32,000 bases of DNA from an uncultured delta proteobacterium (lineage in GTDB: Bacteria > Desulfobacterota > Syntrophorhabdia > Syntrophorhabdales > WCHB1-27), in assembly GCA_963816715.1 (NCBI GenBank), contig CAWFMJ010000024.1, positions 14,111-46,110 on the forward strand, read 5' to 3'. Positions 15,861-25,102 of the stretch are shown one piece after another. Position 1 is the stretch's first letter. Each line of letters begins with the position of its first letter. A program made the position numbers and the translations under genes. Under the pieces are notes generated by a model that saw nothing but the letters and a program-made list of their open reading frames with translations, did not search any database and was not told where the DNA came from.

Positions 15861-16951
15861 AAATGAACGACACGACCCGCAGACTGTCTTTCCTCGACCG
15901 CTTCCTGACGCTCTGGATCTTCCTCGCCATGTTCGTCGGCGTCGGCTGGGGATATGCCTTCCCCGGCGTGGTGGCTTTCTGGAATCGCTTCCAGAGCGGG
16001 ACAACGAACATCCCGATTGCCATCGGCCTTATCCTCATGATGTACCCACCCCTGGCGAAGGTCAGGTACGAAGAGCTCGGCGAGGTTTTCAAGAACTTCA
16101 AGGTCCTCGGCCTGTCACTCGTGCAGAACTGGGTGGTGGGCCCGATCCTCATGTTCGTTCTCGCGATCGTTTTCCTCGAGGGCTATCCCGACTATATGGT
16201 GGGCCTCATCATGATCGGCCTGGCCCGCTGCATCGCCATGGTCATCGTGTGGAACGACCTTGCCAGGGGAGACGCCGAGTACTGCGCGGGCCTCGTGGCC
16301 TTCAACGCCCTCTTCCAGGTCCTCTTCTTCAGCGTTTACGCCTACGTCTTTATCACGGTCCTGCCCCCGATGCTCGGCCTGAAAGGCGTTGTGGTCAATA
16401 TCACCATAGGCCAGATCGCCAAAAGCGTCTTCATCTATCTGGGCGTTCCTTTCATCGCGGGCGTAGCGACGCGTTTTGTCCTCATTAACGTCAAGGACAA
16501 GGTCTGGTATCACGAGCGGTTCATCCCGAAGATCAGCCCCATCACCTTGATCGCCCTCCTGTTCACGATCCTCGTGATGTTCTCCCTCAAGGGCGAGTAT
16601 ATCGTCAAGATCCCTCTCGATGTAGTCCGCATCGCGGTTCCGCTCCTTGTCTACTTCATCGTCATGTTTCTCGTTTCCTTCTACATGAGCGGCAAGGTCG
16701 GCGCCCACTACGGCCAGGCAGCCACCCTGTCATTTACTGCGGCTTCCAACAACTTCGAGCTGGCGATCGCCGTCGCGGTTGCCGTTTTCGGCATCAATTC
16801 CGGGCAGGCCTTCGCAGCAGTCATAGGTCCGCTGGTTGAAGTGCCGGTGCTGATCAACCTGGTCCATCTGTCTCTGTGGTTCAAGAGGAAATACTTCCCC
16901 TATGCAAGAGAAACAGCAATCGGGGTGTGCTACTACACGTGCAGGCAGTAA
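15857..16951 (+). CDS. acr3: ACR3-family arsenite efflux permease
   Basis: [21 protein letters not shown] and the conserved [13 protein letters not shown] segment with the essential Cys are present, with about 10 TM helices. ATG 15857 overlaps the arsR stop (ATGA). ATG 15863 is an alternative start. Confidence 0.9.
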   Translation: MKMNDTTRRLSFLDRFLTLWIFLAMFVGVGWGYAFPGVVAFWNRFQSGTTNIPIAIGLILMMYPPLAKVRYEELGEVFKNFKVLGLSLVQNWVVGPILMFVLAIVFLEGYPDYMVGLIMIGLARCIAMVIVWNDLARGDAEYCAGLVAFNALFQVLFFSVYAYVFITVLPPMLGLKGVVVNITIGQIAKSVFIYLGVPFIAGVATRFVLINVKDKVWYHERFIPKISPITLIALLFTILVMFSLKGEYIVKIPLDVVRIAVPLLVYFIVMFLVSFYMSGKVGAHYGQAATLSFTAASNNFELAIAVAVAVFGINSGQAFAAVIGPLVEVPVLINLVHLSLWFKRKYFPYARETAIGVCYYTCRQ

Positions 16952-16976
16952 GACTATTTCGATCAAGGGGGCCGAG

Positions 16977-17426
16977 ATGAAGAACAGAACCGAAGTTGCG
17001 GTAGAGAAGTTTATGCAGGGTTACAACTGTGCCCAGTCGGTATTCTACTCTTTTTGCGACGACGTCGGATTCGATAAGAATGCGGCGTTGAAAATAGCCT
17101 GTGGATTCGGGGCCGGCATGGGGCGCAAAGAGGAGGTCTGCGGCGCCGTAACGGGCGGGATAATCGTCATCGGTATGAAATATGGCAGGGGCGAGAACGA
17201 CGCCCGTGCGGCTACGGAACTGACCTATGCAAAGACGCGAGAGCTGATGGACCGTTTTTCAGAGAAGCGCGGGACCTTCATCTGCCGAAAGCTGCTGGAC
17301 GGCTGCGAACTCACCGCCGAGGAGGGACAAAAGCACTTCAAGGAGAAGGACCTCTCGAACAAAACATGCAAGCTGTGCGTTCAAGACGCAGTCAGCATCC
17401 TGGAAGGCATCATTCAGGCAGAGTGA
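16977..17426 (+). CDS. C_GCAxxG_C_C family putative redox protein
   Basis: Family-defining pattern: YNCAQSV, CGFGAGMG (GCAxxG-like) and EEVCGAVTGG, plus late cysteines (FICRKLL, CKLC). ATG 16977 with RBS AAGGGGG is preferred over the track start 16902, which overlaps acr3. Confidence 0.8.
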   Translation: MKNRTEVAVEKFMQGYNCAQSVFYSFCDDVGFDKNAALKIACGFGAGMGRKEEVCGAVTGGIIVIGMKYGRGENDARAATELTYAKTRELMDRFSEKRGTFICRKLLDGCELTAEEGQKHFKEKDLSNKTCKLCVQDAVSILEGIIQAE

Positions 17427-17440
17427 ACCGGCCAAATGCT

Positions 17441-17475
17441 GTTCAAAATCTCGTGTTTGTAACCTTTTTTGTTTG
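17441..17475 (+). terminator. Candidate intrinsic terminator of the arsR-acr3-C_GCAxxG_C_C operon
   Basis: Hairpin GTTCAAA (17441-17447) pairs with TTTG(T)AAC (17456-17463), with an 8-nt loop and one bulge. It is followed by C-TTTTTT-GTTTG (17464-17475). The stem is AT-rich and therefore weak. Confidence 0.4.
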
Positions 17476-17796
17476 AGAAGACAAATGCGGTGGGACTTGC
17501 TCTGTTCCGTTTAATCAGTTCCCACGCCCTGTCGCTTGGGCTTGAATCCACCTGCTTTAACCGGCGGTGGATCGGGGACGAGTGCCAGCTCGGCCGGGTC
17601 AAGGCGGCGCCTTGCCGACCGCTGCCAGCAAGCCTTGAGGGGGCGTTCCCGGCCGACTATTTGCATCCGGCTCGCGGCGCCCCGATCGCCGCTCACAGCC
17701 CGCCTTCCCCTCCGTCGGGGAGCGCCTCACGAAAATTATACCGTTGCAAGAGTGGCGAACTTCCCATTCCGTCCCCCGGCAAACCTCGTCCTTTTA

Positions 17797-17825
17797 TTGA
17801 AATAGTCCTTTGCCTGTGATAGATT
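17797..17825 (+). promoter_or_regulatory. Sigma70-type promoter candidate upstream of the dGTPase-like gene
   Basis: TTGAAA (17797-17802), N17, TAGATT (17820-17825), with a TG at 17817-17818 (extended -10). It lies about 28 nt upstream of ATG 17853. Confidence 0.3.
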
Positions 17826-17852
17826 ACCTTGGTATTATCGCTCTTTATCAAT

Positions 17853-18890
17853 ATGAATATCAGGGAAATGTTAGAGGACCGAGAGGAGAAGAACCTCTCC
17901 TCATACGCGCAGAAGAGCCGCCTTACCAGGGGACGGCTGGAGGAAGAAGTCCCCTGCGACATCAGACCGGCTTTTCAGCGCGACCGGGACAGGATTGTCC
18001 ACTGCAAAGCCTTTCGCAGGCTCAAGTATAAGACGCAGGTTTTTCTTTTCCCCTCCGACGACCATTACAGGACCCGCCTCACCCACACGCTCGAGGTTTC
18101 TCAGATCGCCAGAACGATCGCCAAGTCGCTCTTTCTGAATGAGGACCTCGTCGAGGCCATCGCGTTAGGCCACGACCTGGGCCATACCCCTTTCGGCCAT
18201 TCGGGGGAAGCGACCTTGCACAAGCTTCACCCGGGGGGCTTCCGCCACAACGAGCAGAGTCTGCGAGTGGTCGATGTCCTTGAGAGGGAAGGGCGCGGCC
18301 TGAATCTGACCATTGAAGTGCGGGACGGAATATTGAAGCATTCCAAAGGACGGGGATCTCTGATCGTGAAAGACGAGGCGAAAAAACCGCTTACCAGAGA
18401 GGCGGAAGTGGTCAGGATCGCCGATGTGATCGCCTACATCAATCACGACATCGACGACGCTATAAGGGGCGGCGTGATTGCGCTGGAAGACCTGCCCGCC
18501 CGATGCCGAAAGGTTCTCGGCGAGACGCATTCGAAGCGAATAGATCGCATGGTGCGAGCGGTAATAGGGGAGACGGCAAAGCGAGGCAACATGGCCGTCG
18601 AGCCCGAGATTGAAGAATGTATGATGGAGCTTCGCGACTTCCTCTACTTTCGTGTCTACGAAAATCCGACCGTGCACGAAGAATTCGAGAAGTGCTCAAA
18701 GATTATCGAGGAGATTTACCGCTATTTCATGGACCGGCCGGACGCCTTTCTTCAAGAGGCGGGATACAAAACGTTTCTGGCGCCGCCTGCGGTCAGCGTC
18801 TGCGATTTCATAGCGGGAATGACGGATCGCTACGCCTTTACTCTTTTTGAGAAGCTATTCCTTCCCATGCCTTGGAAGATGCCCGTTTAA
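17853..18890 (+). CDS. dgt: dGTP triphosphohydrolase-like HD-domain protein (short Dgt family)
   Basis: [55 protein letters not shown] and DRYAF are the canonical dGTPase-family segments. ATG 17853 is preferred; TTG 17829 is possible. Confidence 0.85.
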   Translation: MNIREMLEDREEKNLSSYAQKSRLTRGRLEEEVPCDIRPAFQRDRDRIVHCKAFRRLKYKTQVFLFPSDDHYRTRLTHTLEVSQIARTIAKSLFLNEDLVEAIALGHDLGHTPFGHSGEATLHKLHPGGFRHNEQSLRVVDVLEREGRGLNLTIEVRDGILKHSKGRGSLIVKDEAKKPLTREAEVVRIADVIAYINHDIDDAIRGGVIALEDLPARCRKVLGETHSKRIDRMVRAVIGETAKRGNMAVEPEIEECMMELRDFLYFRVYENPTVHEEFEKCSKIIEEIYRYFMDRPDAFLQEAGYKTFLAPPAVSVCDFIAGMTDRYAFTLFEKLFLPMPWKMPV

Positions 18891-18902
18891 AGGGGAGAAA
18901 GA

Positions 18903-19817
18903 ATGAAGAAAACAATAGTCGTGGCGGACAAAGACGAAAAGGTGCAGCAAGCCTTTATGACCATCTTCTCCAAGGAGCAATATACGATCCTCTGGGCCCC
19001 GAACGGAAAAGATTTAGAAAAGATTGCGGCCAAAGCCAACCCCGACATCTACCTCGTCAATATCAGCCTCCCCAAACTCAACGGCATTGAGGTTCATCGG
19101 AAGCTCCAAAAGGAAGGCCGACTCGACCGCGCGACCTTTTTCTTCCTCAAGGATGAGGCCGACGTTGAGCCGCTGGGGATCGACGTCGACGGCGTCATAG
19201 AGAAGCCGATCAACTTTTTCAGGGTCTACGAGACCCTCACGGGCGATGATGAGGTGATCGAGCTCACCGATCTCGTGGAGGAAAAAAGGCCGGTGGACGA
19301 AAGAAAGCCGGAAAGCGCGTCGGCGGCCAGGAGTGCGCCGCGGCAGGTTGAAAGCGCTCCGCTTCAAGCCAAGAGCGTGCCGAACCGGACCGAGAGCAGG
19401 GAAAAAGAGGCGCCGCCGGCCCAAGCCCGTCTGGAACGCGCCATCGAAGAATTGCCCCCAAAACCAAGAGCAGAATGGACGAAAGGCGCCGCGGGCGAGG
19501 AGGGAGAGGCGCAAACGATCATCGGACGCCAACTGCGACAGGCGATGGAGACAGTCCGGGAAGGCGTCGTCTCCGCCGAAGAGACAGATGAGCGTGTTTC
19601 CGTAACGAGCCCGGCCCCGCTGTCGGCGGAGCTTCAGCAGCAGCTCAAGGCGGTGCTCAACCAGGCCATGGAAGAGGCAGCCGACAAGCTGTCCAGCCGG
19701 CTCGCTCCCATCCTGACCCGGTACGTCGAAGATTACGTCCGGCAAATGCTTTTGGAAATCACCGAAAAAGTGATCAGAGAAGAAATCGACAAACTATTGA
19801 AGGAGTCCATTGCGTGA
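18903..19817 (+). CDS. Receiver-like (pseudo-receiver) domain protein with acidic/Pro-rich linker and C-terminal amphipathic helical region
   Basis: The N-terminal ~120 aa have the CheY-like pattern (KKTIVVADKD, GVIEKP). The phospho-acceptor position reads DIYLVNISLP, with Asn where Asp is expected. RBS GGGGAGAAAG. The stop overlaps the valS GTG start (GTGA at 19814-19817). Confidence 0.6.
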   Translation: MKKTIVVADKDEKVQQAFMTIFSKEQYTILWAPNGKDLEKIAAKANPDIYLVNISLPKLNGIEVHRKLQKEGRLDRATFFFLKDEADVEPLGIDVDGVIEKPINFFRVYETLTGDDEVIELTDLVEEKRPVDERKPESASAARSAPRQVESAPLQAKSVPNRTESREKEAPPAQARLERAIEELPPKPRAEWTKGAAGEEGEAQTIIGRQLRQAMETVREGVVSAEETDERVSVTSPAPLSAELQQQLKAVLNQAMEEAADKLSSRLAPILTRYVEDYVRQMLLEITEKVIREEIDKLLKESIA

Positions 19818-22465
19818 TAGAGAAGGTTTACGATCCGAAGCAGGTGGAGCAGAAATGGCGTCAGTACTGGATGGAAAAGGGTTATTTCATCGCGAAGAGC
19901 AAGTCGGAAAAGCCGCCTTTTTCGGTCGTGATACCGCCGCCCAACGTTACGGGCGTTCTGCATATGGGCCATGCCCTCAATAATACCCTCCAGGACATTG
20001 TCGTGCGCTTCAAGAGAATGTCGGGATTCAACGCCCTATGGCTGCCGGGCACGGACCACGCGGGCATCGCGACGCAGAACGTGGTGGAAAGGGAGCTTGC
20101 CAAAGAGGGTCTCAGCGCCGAAAGCATAGGAAGAGATGCTTTCATAAAAAGAGTCTGGGAATGGAAGGAGAAATCGGGCGGCCGCATCATTGAGCAACTC
20201 AAAGCATTGGGCGCCTCCTGCGATTGGTCCCGGGAGCGATTCACCATGGACGAAGGGCTGAGCCGGGCCGTGCGGGAGGTCTTCGTCAGGCTCTACGAAG
20301 AGGGGCTCATTTACCGGGGCAACTATATCATCAACTGGTGCCCGCGGTGCAAAACGGCCCTTTCCGACGTGGAGGTGGAGCACGAAGAGACGAAGGGACG
20401 CCTCTATTACATAAAATACCCGCTTGCAGACGGCGCCGGTTTTCTCACCGTCGCGACGACGAGGCCGGAGACCATGCTGGGGGATACGGCACTGGCGGTC
20501 AATCCGGAGGACGTCAGATATAGTTCGCTCGTTGGGAAAGAAGTGGTCCTCCCCCTTGCCGGCAGAAAGATCCCTGTTATCGGCGATGCCTACGTCGACA
20601 TGGCCTTCGGAACGGGGGCGCTCAAAATCACCCCCGGCCACGACTTCAACGACTTCGAGATCGGCAAAAAACATAATCTCGGGGTGGTGAAGGTCATTGA
20701 CGACGCGGGCCGCATGAACGAGCAGGCGCTCCAATACAACGGAATGGACCGGTTTGAGGCGAGGGAGCGGATCGTCGAGGACCTCCGGAAGGAGGGCCTC
20801 CTCGAGAAGATAGAAGACTACCCGCTCGTTATCGGGCGGTGCTACCGCTGCAAAACCATTGTCGAGCCCATCGTCTCGCTCCAGTGGTTCGTCTCCATGA
20901 AGCCTCTTGCCGCCGCGGCGATCGAAGCGGTGCGGGAACACCGGGTTTCCATCATCCCCGACATGTGGGAGAAGGTCTATTACGAGTGGATGGAGAACAT
21001 CAAGGACTGGTGCATATCGCGCCAGATCTGGTGGGGACACCGCATCCCCGTCTGGTATTGCGATAAATGCAACGAAACCTTTGTCTCCCGACAGGACGTG
21101 ACGGAATGTCCCCGGTGCGGCGGCGCGCCGAGACAGGAATCTGATGTGCTCGACACCTGGTTCTCATCCGGCCTCTGGCCCTTTTCTACCCTCGGCTGGC
21201 CCGACGAGACTGACGATCTCAAGACGTTCTATCCCACGTCCCTGCTGGTGACCGGCTTCGACATACTCTTCTTCTGGGTTGCCCGGATGATCATGATGGG
21301 GCTCCATTTCATGGGCGACATCCCCTTCAAGGATGTTTACATCCACGCCCTCGTGAGGGATGCCGAGGGCAAGAAAATGAGCAAATCAAAGGGGAACGTG
21401 ATCGATCCCCTGGTGATGATCGACAAATACGGCGCCGACGCCTTCCGGTTCACCTTCGCCATGCTGGCGGCCCAGGGAAGGGATGTGCTGCTTTCGGAGG
21501 AGCGCATCGAGGGAACCAGGAACTTCGTCAACAAGATCTGGAACGCTGCCCGTCTCACGATCTCGCTCCTCGAGTCTTCGCTCGAGGACAATGCGGTGTT
21601 GTTCGCCGAGCCCGTCCAATCGACATTTCTCCCCGACAAATGGATCGTCTCGCGATTGCAACGGGTGACGAAAGAGGTTTCTGAGGCGATCGACGCCTAC
21701 CGGTTCAGCGATGCGGCCCACGGCCTCTACGGCTTCGTCTGGCACGAGTTCTGCGATTGGTACCTGGAGCTGATAAAGCCGAACCTCTACGGCAAAGTAA
21801 CCGGTTTCGACGCCGCCGCAACCGCTTCGACCCTCTATTTCACCTTCGTGCATATCCTCAAGCTGCTCCATCCGTTCATGCCCTTTGTCACCGAGGAGCT
21901 TTACCAGAAACTGCCCCACCGGCAGGAAGCGGCCCTGACCGTCTCGTCGTTCCCGCGCTACGACGAAAGCAGGGTGGATGAGACGAGCGAGGCGCAGATG
22001 GGCATGGTCATGTCGATTATCGACACGGTCAGGAACATGCGCGGCGAGATGGGCTTCCCTCCGAGCGCGAAGGTCGAGCTGCTGCTCCGGACGGACAATC
22101 ACCGCGCCCTTTTGGACACGTACGGATACTACATCAAAGATCTGGCGCGGGCTTCCGACATCGCCTACGTGACCGGCGCGGCGCCGAAGAGGGCTGCCCT
22201 CGGCATCAGCAAAGACGTCGAGGTGTTCATCCCCATCCGCGACGCAGAGGTCATCAATAGGGAAATGGCGCGGGTGGAGAAGGAACTCGGCCGAATCGCG
22301 GGAGAGATCGACAGGGCGTTCAACAAAATAAACAACCGGGCGTTCAGGGAAAAAGCGCCCGACGAGGTCCTGGCAAAAGAAGAGGCCAATTTCGAAGAGC
22401 TTCGCTCAAAAAGGGAGAAGCTCCTTGGCAGCAAGTCGATGCTTGAAGAGATTCTGCGGGCATGA
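19814..22465 (+). CDS. valS: Valine--tRNA ligase
   Basis: PPPNVTGVLHMGHAL (HIGH motif), KMSKSKGN (KMSKS motif), an editing-domain insertion and a C-terminal coiled coil. 883 aa. Confidence 0.97.
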   Translation: MIEKVYDPKQVEQKWRQYWMEKGYFIAKSKSEKPPFSVVIPPPNVTGVLHMGHALNNTLQDIVVRFKRMSGFNALWLPGTDHAGIATQNVVERELAKEGLSAESIGRDAFIKRVWEWKEKSGGRIIEQLKALGASCDWSRERFTMDEGLSRAVREVFVRLYEEGLIYRGNYIINWCPRCKTALSDVEVEHEETKGRLYYIKYPLADGAGFLTVATTRPETMLGDTALAVNPEDVRYSSLVGKEVVLPLAGRKIPVIGDAYVDMAFGTGALKITPGHDFNDFEIGKKHNLGVVKVIDDAGRMNEQALQYNGMDRFEARERIVEDLRKEGLLEKIEDYPLVIGRCYRCKTIVEPIVSLQWFVSMKPLAAAAIEAVREHRVSIIPDMWEKVYYEWMENIKDWCISRQIWWGHRIPVWYCDKCNETFVSRQDVTECPRCGGAPRQESDVLDTWFSSGLWPFSTLGWPDETDDLKTFYPTSLLVTGFDILFFWVARMIMMGLHFMGDIPFKDVYIHALVRDAEGKKMSKSKGNVIDPLVMIDKYGADAFRFTFAMLAAQGRDVLLSEERIEGTRNFVNKIWNAARLTISLLESSLEDNAVLFAEPVQSTFLPDKWIVSRLQRVTKEVSEAIDAYRFSDAAHGLYGFVWHEFCDWYLELIKPNLYGKVTGFDAAATASTLYFTFVHILKLLHPFMPFVTEELYQKLPHRQEAALTVSSFPRYDESRVDETSEAQMGMVMSIIDTVRNMRGEMGFPPSAKVELLLRTDNHRALLDTYGYYIKDLARASDIAYVTGAAPKRAALGISKDVEVFIPIRDAEVINREMARVEKELGRIAGEIDRAFNKINNRAFREKAPDEVLAKEEANFEELRSKREKLLGSKSMLEEILRA

Positions 22466-22512
22466 TGAGAGCAGCCCGAAGGACGAGGGACGATCGTTCG
22501 CTGCGCTCGATA

Positions 22513-22534
22513 GGACGAAAAAACCTTTTCGTCC
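22513..22534 (+). terminator. Hairpin GGACGAAAA-aacc-TTTTCGTCC downstream of valS (possible terminator)
   Basis: A perfect 9-bp stem with a 4-nt loop lies 48 nt after the valS stop. The U-run is part of the stem rather than trailing it, so this is not a textbook intrinsic terminator. Confidence 0.3.
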
Positions 22535-22619
22535 ATCATCCTAGTCCCGAAGGGACGGTCGTCCATCATCCCTCGGGCAGTAAAGCAAAGCGGTCGTACA
22601 TCGGATAAACGAGGTGCAT

Positions 22620-22913
22620 ATGAAAATGACCGGAAAGGACGTCGAATACGTCGCCCATTTGGGCAGGCTGGAGCTTGCGCCCGAAGAGATCGATCTGTAC
22701 ACACAGCAACTGGACCGCATCCTCGCTTACATGGACCAGCTCAATTCACTCGATACAACGGGAATAGAGCCGACGACCCATGCCATCCCCATGACGAACG
22801 TCTTGAGGCAAGACGAAGTGCGGCAGAATTTTCAGGTGGAGGAGGCTGTCGGCAACGCCCCCGAGCGCGTCGGTCCCTTCTTCAAGGTTCCGCCCATCAT
22901 AGAAACCGAATAG
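22620..22913 (+). CDS. gatC: Asp-tRNA(Asn)/Glu-tRNA(Gln) amidotransferase subunit C
   Basis: [47 protein letters not shown] is typical of GatC. GAGG lies upstream. The start could be GTG 22614, ATG 22620 or ATG 22626. Confidence 0.9.
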   Translation: MKMTGKDVEYVAHLGRLELAPEEIDLYTQQLDRILAYMDQLNSLDTTGIEPTTHAIPMTNVLRQDEVRQNFQVEEAVGNAPERVGPFFKVPPIIETE

Positions 22914-22921
22914 GAGACGGC

Positions 22922-24382
22922 ATGGAAGAGCTTTTGCAAAAAGACATCGCGGAACTGAGGGGTCTGTTGAAAAGCGGAGAAATGACGTCCGTTGAGCTGA
23001 CCCGCTTCTACCTTGACAGGATAAAGAAATACGACGAGCTGACCGGGTGTTACCTGAGGCTGACGGAAGAGCTGGCGCTCAGGAAAGCTGCGGAGGCCGA
23101 CGAAAGAATACGCGCGGGGAAAGACGGCGAGCTGACCGGCATTCCTTTCGGCATGAAGGACATTCTCTGCGCCAAAGGGATCGAAACGACCTGCGCCTCT
23201 CAGATGCTCAAGGGTTTCGTGCCGCCCTATGACGCGACGGTCATCAGAAAATTGGACGAAAGCGGTTACATCCACCTGGGCAGGATCAACATGGACGAGT
23301 TCGCCATGGGTTCGTCCACAGAGAACTCCTCTTATCAAATCACGAAGAACCCGTGGGACCTGGAGCGTATACCCGGCGGCTCGAGCGGCGGTTCCGCCGC
23401 GGCCGTGGTTGCCGGTCTCTGCGCGGCAACGTTGGGGACGGACACGGGCGGTTCCATCAGACAACCGGCGAGTCTCTGCGGCGCCGTCGGCCTGAAGCCC
23501 ACGTACGGAAGGGTGTCGCGTTACGGTTTGGTGGCCTTTGCCTCGTCCCTCGATCAGATAGGACCGATCACCAAAAGCGTGGCCGACTGCGCCATCGTGC
23601 TGAAGACGATCGCCGGCCACGATCCCTTGGATTCGACTTCCATCCCGCAGCCGGTCCCCGATTATCCTGCTGTGCTCGGTAAGGAGATCAAGGGTTTGCG
23701 GCTCGGCATGCCCAAGGAATACTTCATTGAAGGGATGGAAAAAGAGGTGAAGGAAGCGGTCGAAGGATCGCTCAAGACCTTCGAGTCCCTCGGCGCCCGG
23801 ATAGTTCCTATTTCTCTTCCCCATACTGAGTATGCCGTCGCCTGCTACTACATCATCTGCACCGCCGAGGCGTCCTCCAATCTCGCCCGCTATGACGGGG
23901 TAAAGTACGGCATGCGGGTTGAGGGCAAGGACATTATCGATATGTACAAGCGAACGCGGTCGGCCGGCTTCGGAAAAGAGGTCAAAAGGCGCATTATCCT
24001 CGGCACCTACGTCCTCTCTTCGGGCTACTACGACGCCTATTACCGCAAGGCTGGCCAGGTGAGGACCCTGATAAGGGGAGATTTCGACAAGGCCTTCGAG
24101 CAGTGCGACGCCATCGTCACGCCGGTCTCCCCGACCACGGCTTTCAGGATCGGTGAGAAGACCGATGATCCGCTTACCATGTATCTCTCGGACATCTTTA
24201 CCATACCGGTGAATCTCGCCGGTCTGCCCGCAATTTCCCTGCCCTGCGGGTTCGATGGCAAAGGATTGCCCATCGGTCTGCAGATCATCGGCAGGCCGCT
24301 CGACGAGGCGACCCTGCTCCAGGCGTCCTATCTTCTGGAGACGGAGAAGAAGCTGAAGAAGATGCCCGACAGGTTCGCATGA
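22922..24382 (+). CDS. gatA: Asp-tRNA(Asn)/Glu-tRNA(Gln) amidotransferase subunit A
   Basis: Amidase signature [14 protein letters not shown] and [13 protein letters not shown]. 486 aa, immediately after gatC. Confidence 0.95.
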   Translation: MEELLQKDIAELRGLLKSGEMTSVELTRFYLDRIKKYDELTGCYLRLTEELALRKAAEADERIRAGKDGELTGIPFGMKDILCAKGIETTCASQMLKGFVPPYDATVIRKLDESGYIHLGRINMDEFAMGSSTENSSYQITKNPWDLERIPGGSSGGSAAAVVAGLCAATLGTDTGGSIRQPASLCGAVGLKPTYGRVSRYGLVAFASSLDQIGPITKSVADCAIVLKTIAGHDPLDSTSIPQPVPDYPAVLGKEIKGLRLGMPKEYFIEGMEKEVKEAVEGSLKTFESLGARIVPISLPHTEYAVACYYIICTAEASSNLARYDGVKYGMRVEGKDIIDMYKRTRSAGFGKEVKRRIILGTYVLSSGYYDAYYRKAGQVRTLIRGDFDKAFEQCDAIVTPVSPTTAFRIGEKTDDPLTMYLSDIFTIPVNLAGLPAISLPCGFDGKGLPIGLQIIGRPLDEATLLQASYLLETEKKLKKMPDRFA

Positions 24383-25023
24383 CCGCGGAGACGCCCGATC
24401 CGCAAGGCTTTCTCTCCGCCCTTTTGAACATGGGCATAGACCGCTACGTCTCGGGGAAGCAGGAAGGGCCCACTCTTGCCCGCCTCAAGGGGCAGGTGGA
24501 TGCCTGCACTCGTTGCGAGCTGAGCCGCACCCGGCGCTCCGTCGTCTTCGGGGAAGGCGACGAGGCCGCCCGGCTGGTCTTTGTCGGGGAGGCGCCGGGC
24601 GAGGAAGAAGATCGCCAGGGCAGACCCTTTGTCGGCAGGGCGGGCAAGCTCCTCGACCAGATGATCGAACGAATAGGTCTTCAGCGGAAAGAGGTCTTCA
24701 TCTGCAATGTCCTCAAATGCAGGCCGCCCAACAACCGGGACCCGGAACCCGGCGAGGCGGAACTCTGCAAAGGCTACCTGTTCGCCCAGCTTGAGATAAT
24801 AGAACCGCACCTCATCTGCACCCTCGGGAAGCACGCCTACAATACGCTCCTCGGCGTCGACGCGCGGATCACCCGCATCCGCGGCATCCTCACCTCCTAC
24901 CGCGGGATCAAGCTCCTGCCCACCTACCACCCGTCTTATCTGCTCAGGAACCAGAGCGCAATCAAAGAAGCTTACGAAGATATGGAGAAGGTAAAGAGCC
25001 TCCTCGCGGCTGAGAGGGGCTGA
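24379..25023 (+). CDS. Uracil-DNA glycosylase, family 4 (Fe-S type)
   Basis: [33 protein letters not shown] and [16 protein letters not shown] are the family 4 motifs with cluster cysteines. The ATG overlaps the gatA stop (ATGA). Confidence 0.85.
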   Translation: MTAETPDPQGFLSALLNMGIDRYVSGKQEGPTLARLKGQVDACTRCELSRTRRSVVFGEGDEAARLVFVGEAPGEEEDRQGRPFVGRAGKLLDQMIERIGLQRKEVFICNVLKCRPPNNRDPEPGEAELCKGYLFAQLEIIEPHLICTLGKHAYNTLLGVDARITRIRGILTSYRGIKLLPTYHPSYLLRNQSAIKEAYEDMEKVKSLLAAERG

Positions 25024-25102
25024 AAACAATCGAAGCATGACGGGACTTCTTCTCCCGTTCCGGTTGAGAAAGCAATCTCGTCGCATTATATTCGAATAAG
25101 CT

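Noticed and set aside
17650-17666. Sigma54-like element cGGCCGActatTTGCAt (GG-N10-GC spacing) upstream of the dGTPase-like gene
   Set aside because: Only the GG/GC dinucleotides and TTGCA match. The -24 half (GGCCGA versus TGGCAC) is poor. It lies about 190 nt from the gene, and no enhancer-binding protein context is visible. A sigma70-like promoter nearer the gene is a better fit.
17778-17785. GGCAAACC, reminiscent of a c-di-GMP-I (GEMM) riboswitch core segment
   Set aside because: The second conserved segment (ACGCAAAGC-like) and the paired P1/P2 architecture are absent. The single 8-mer is likely chance.
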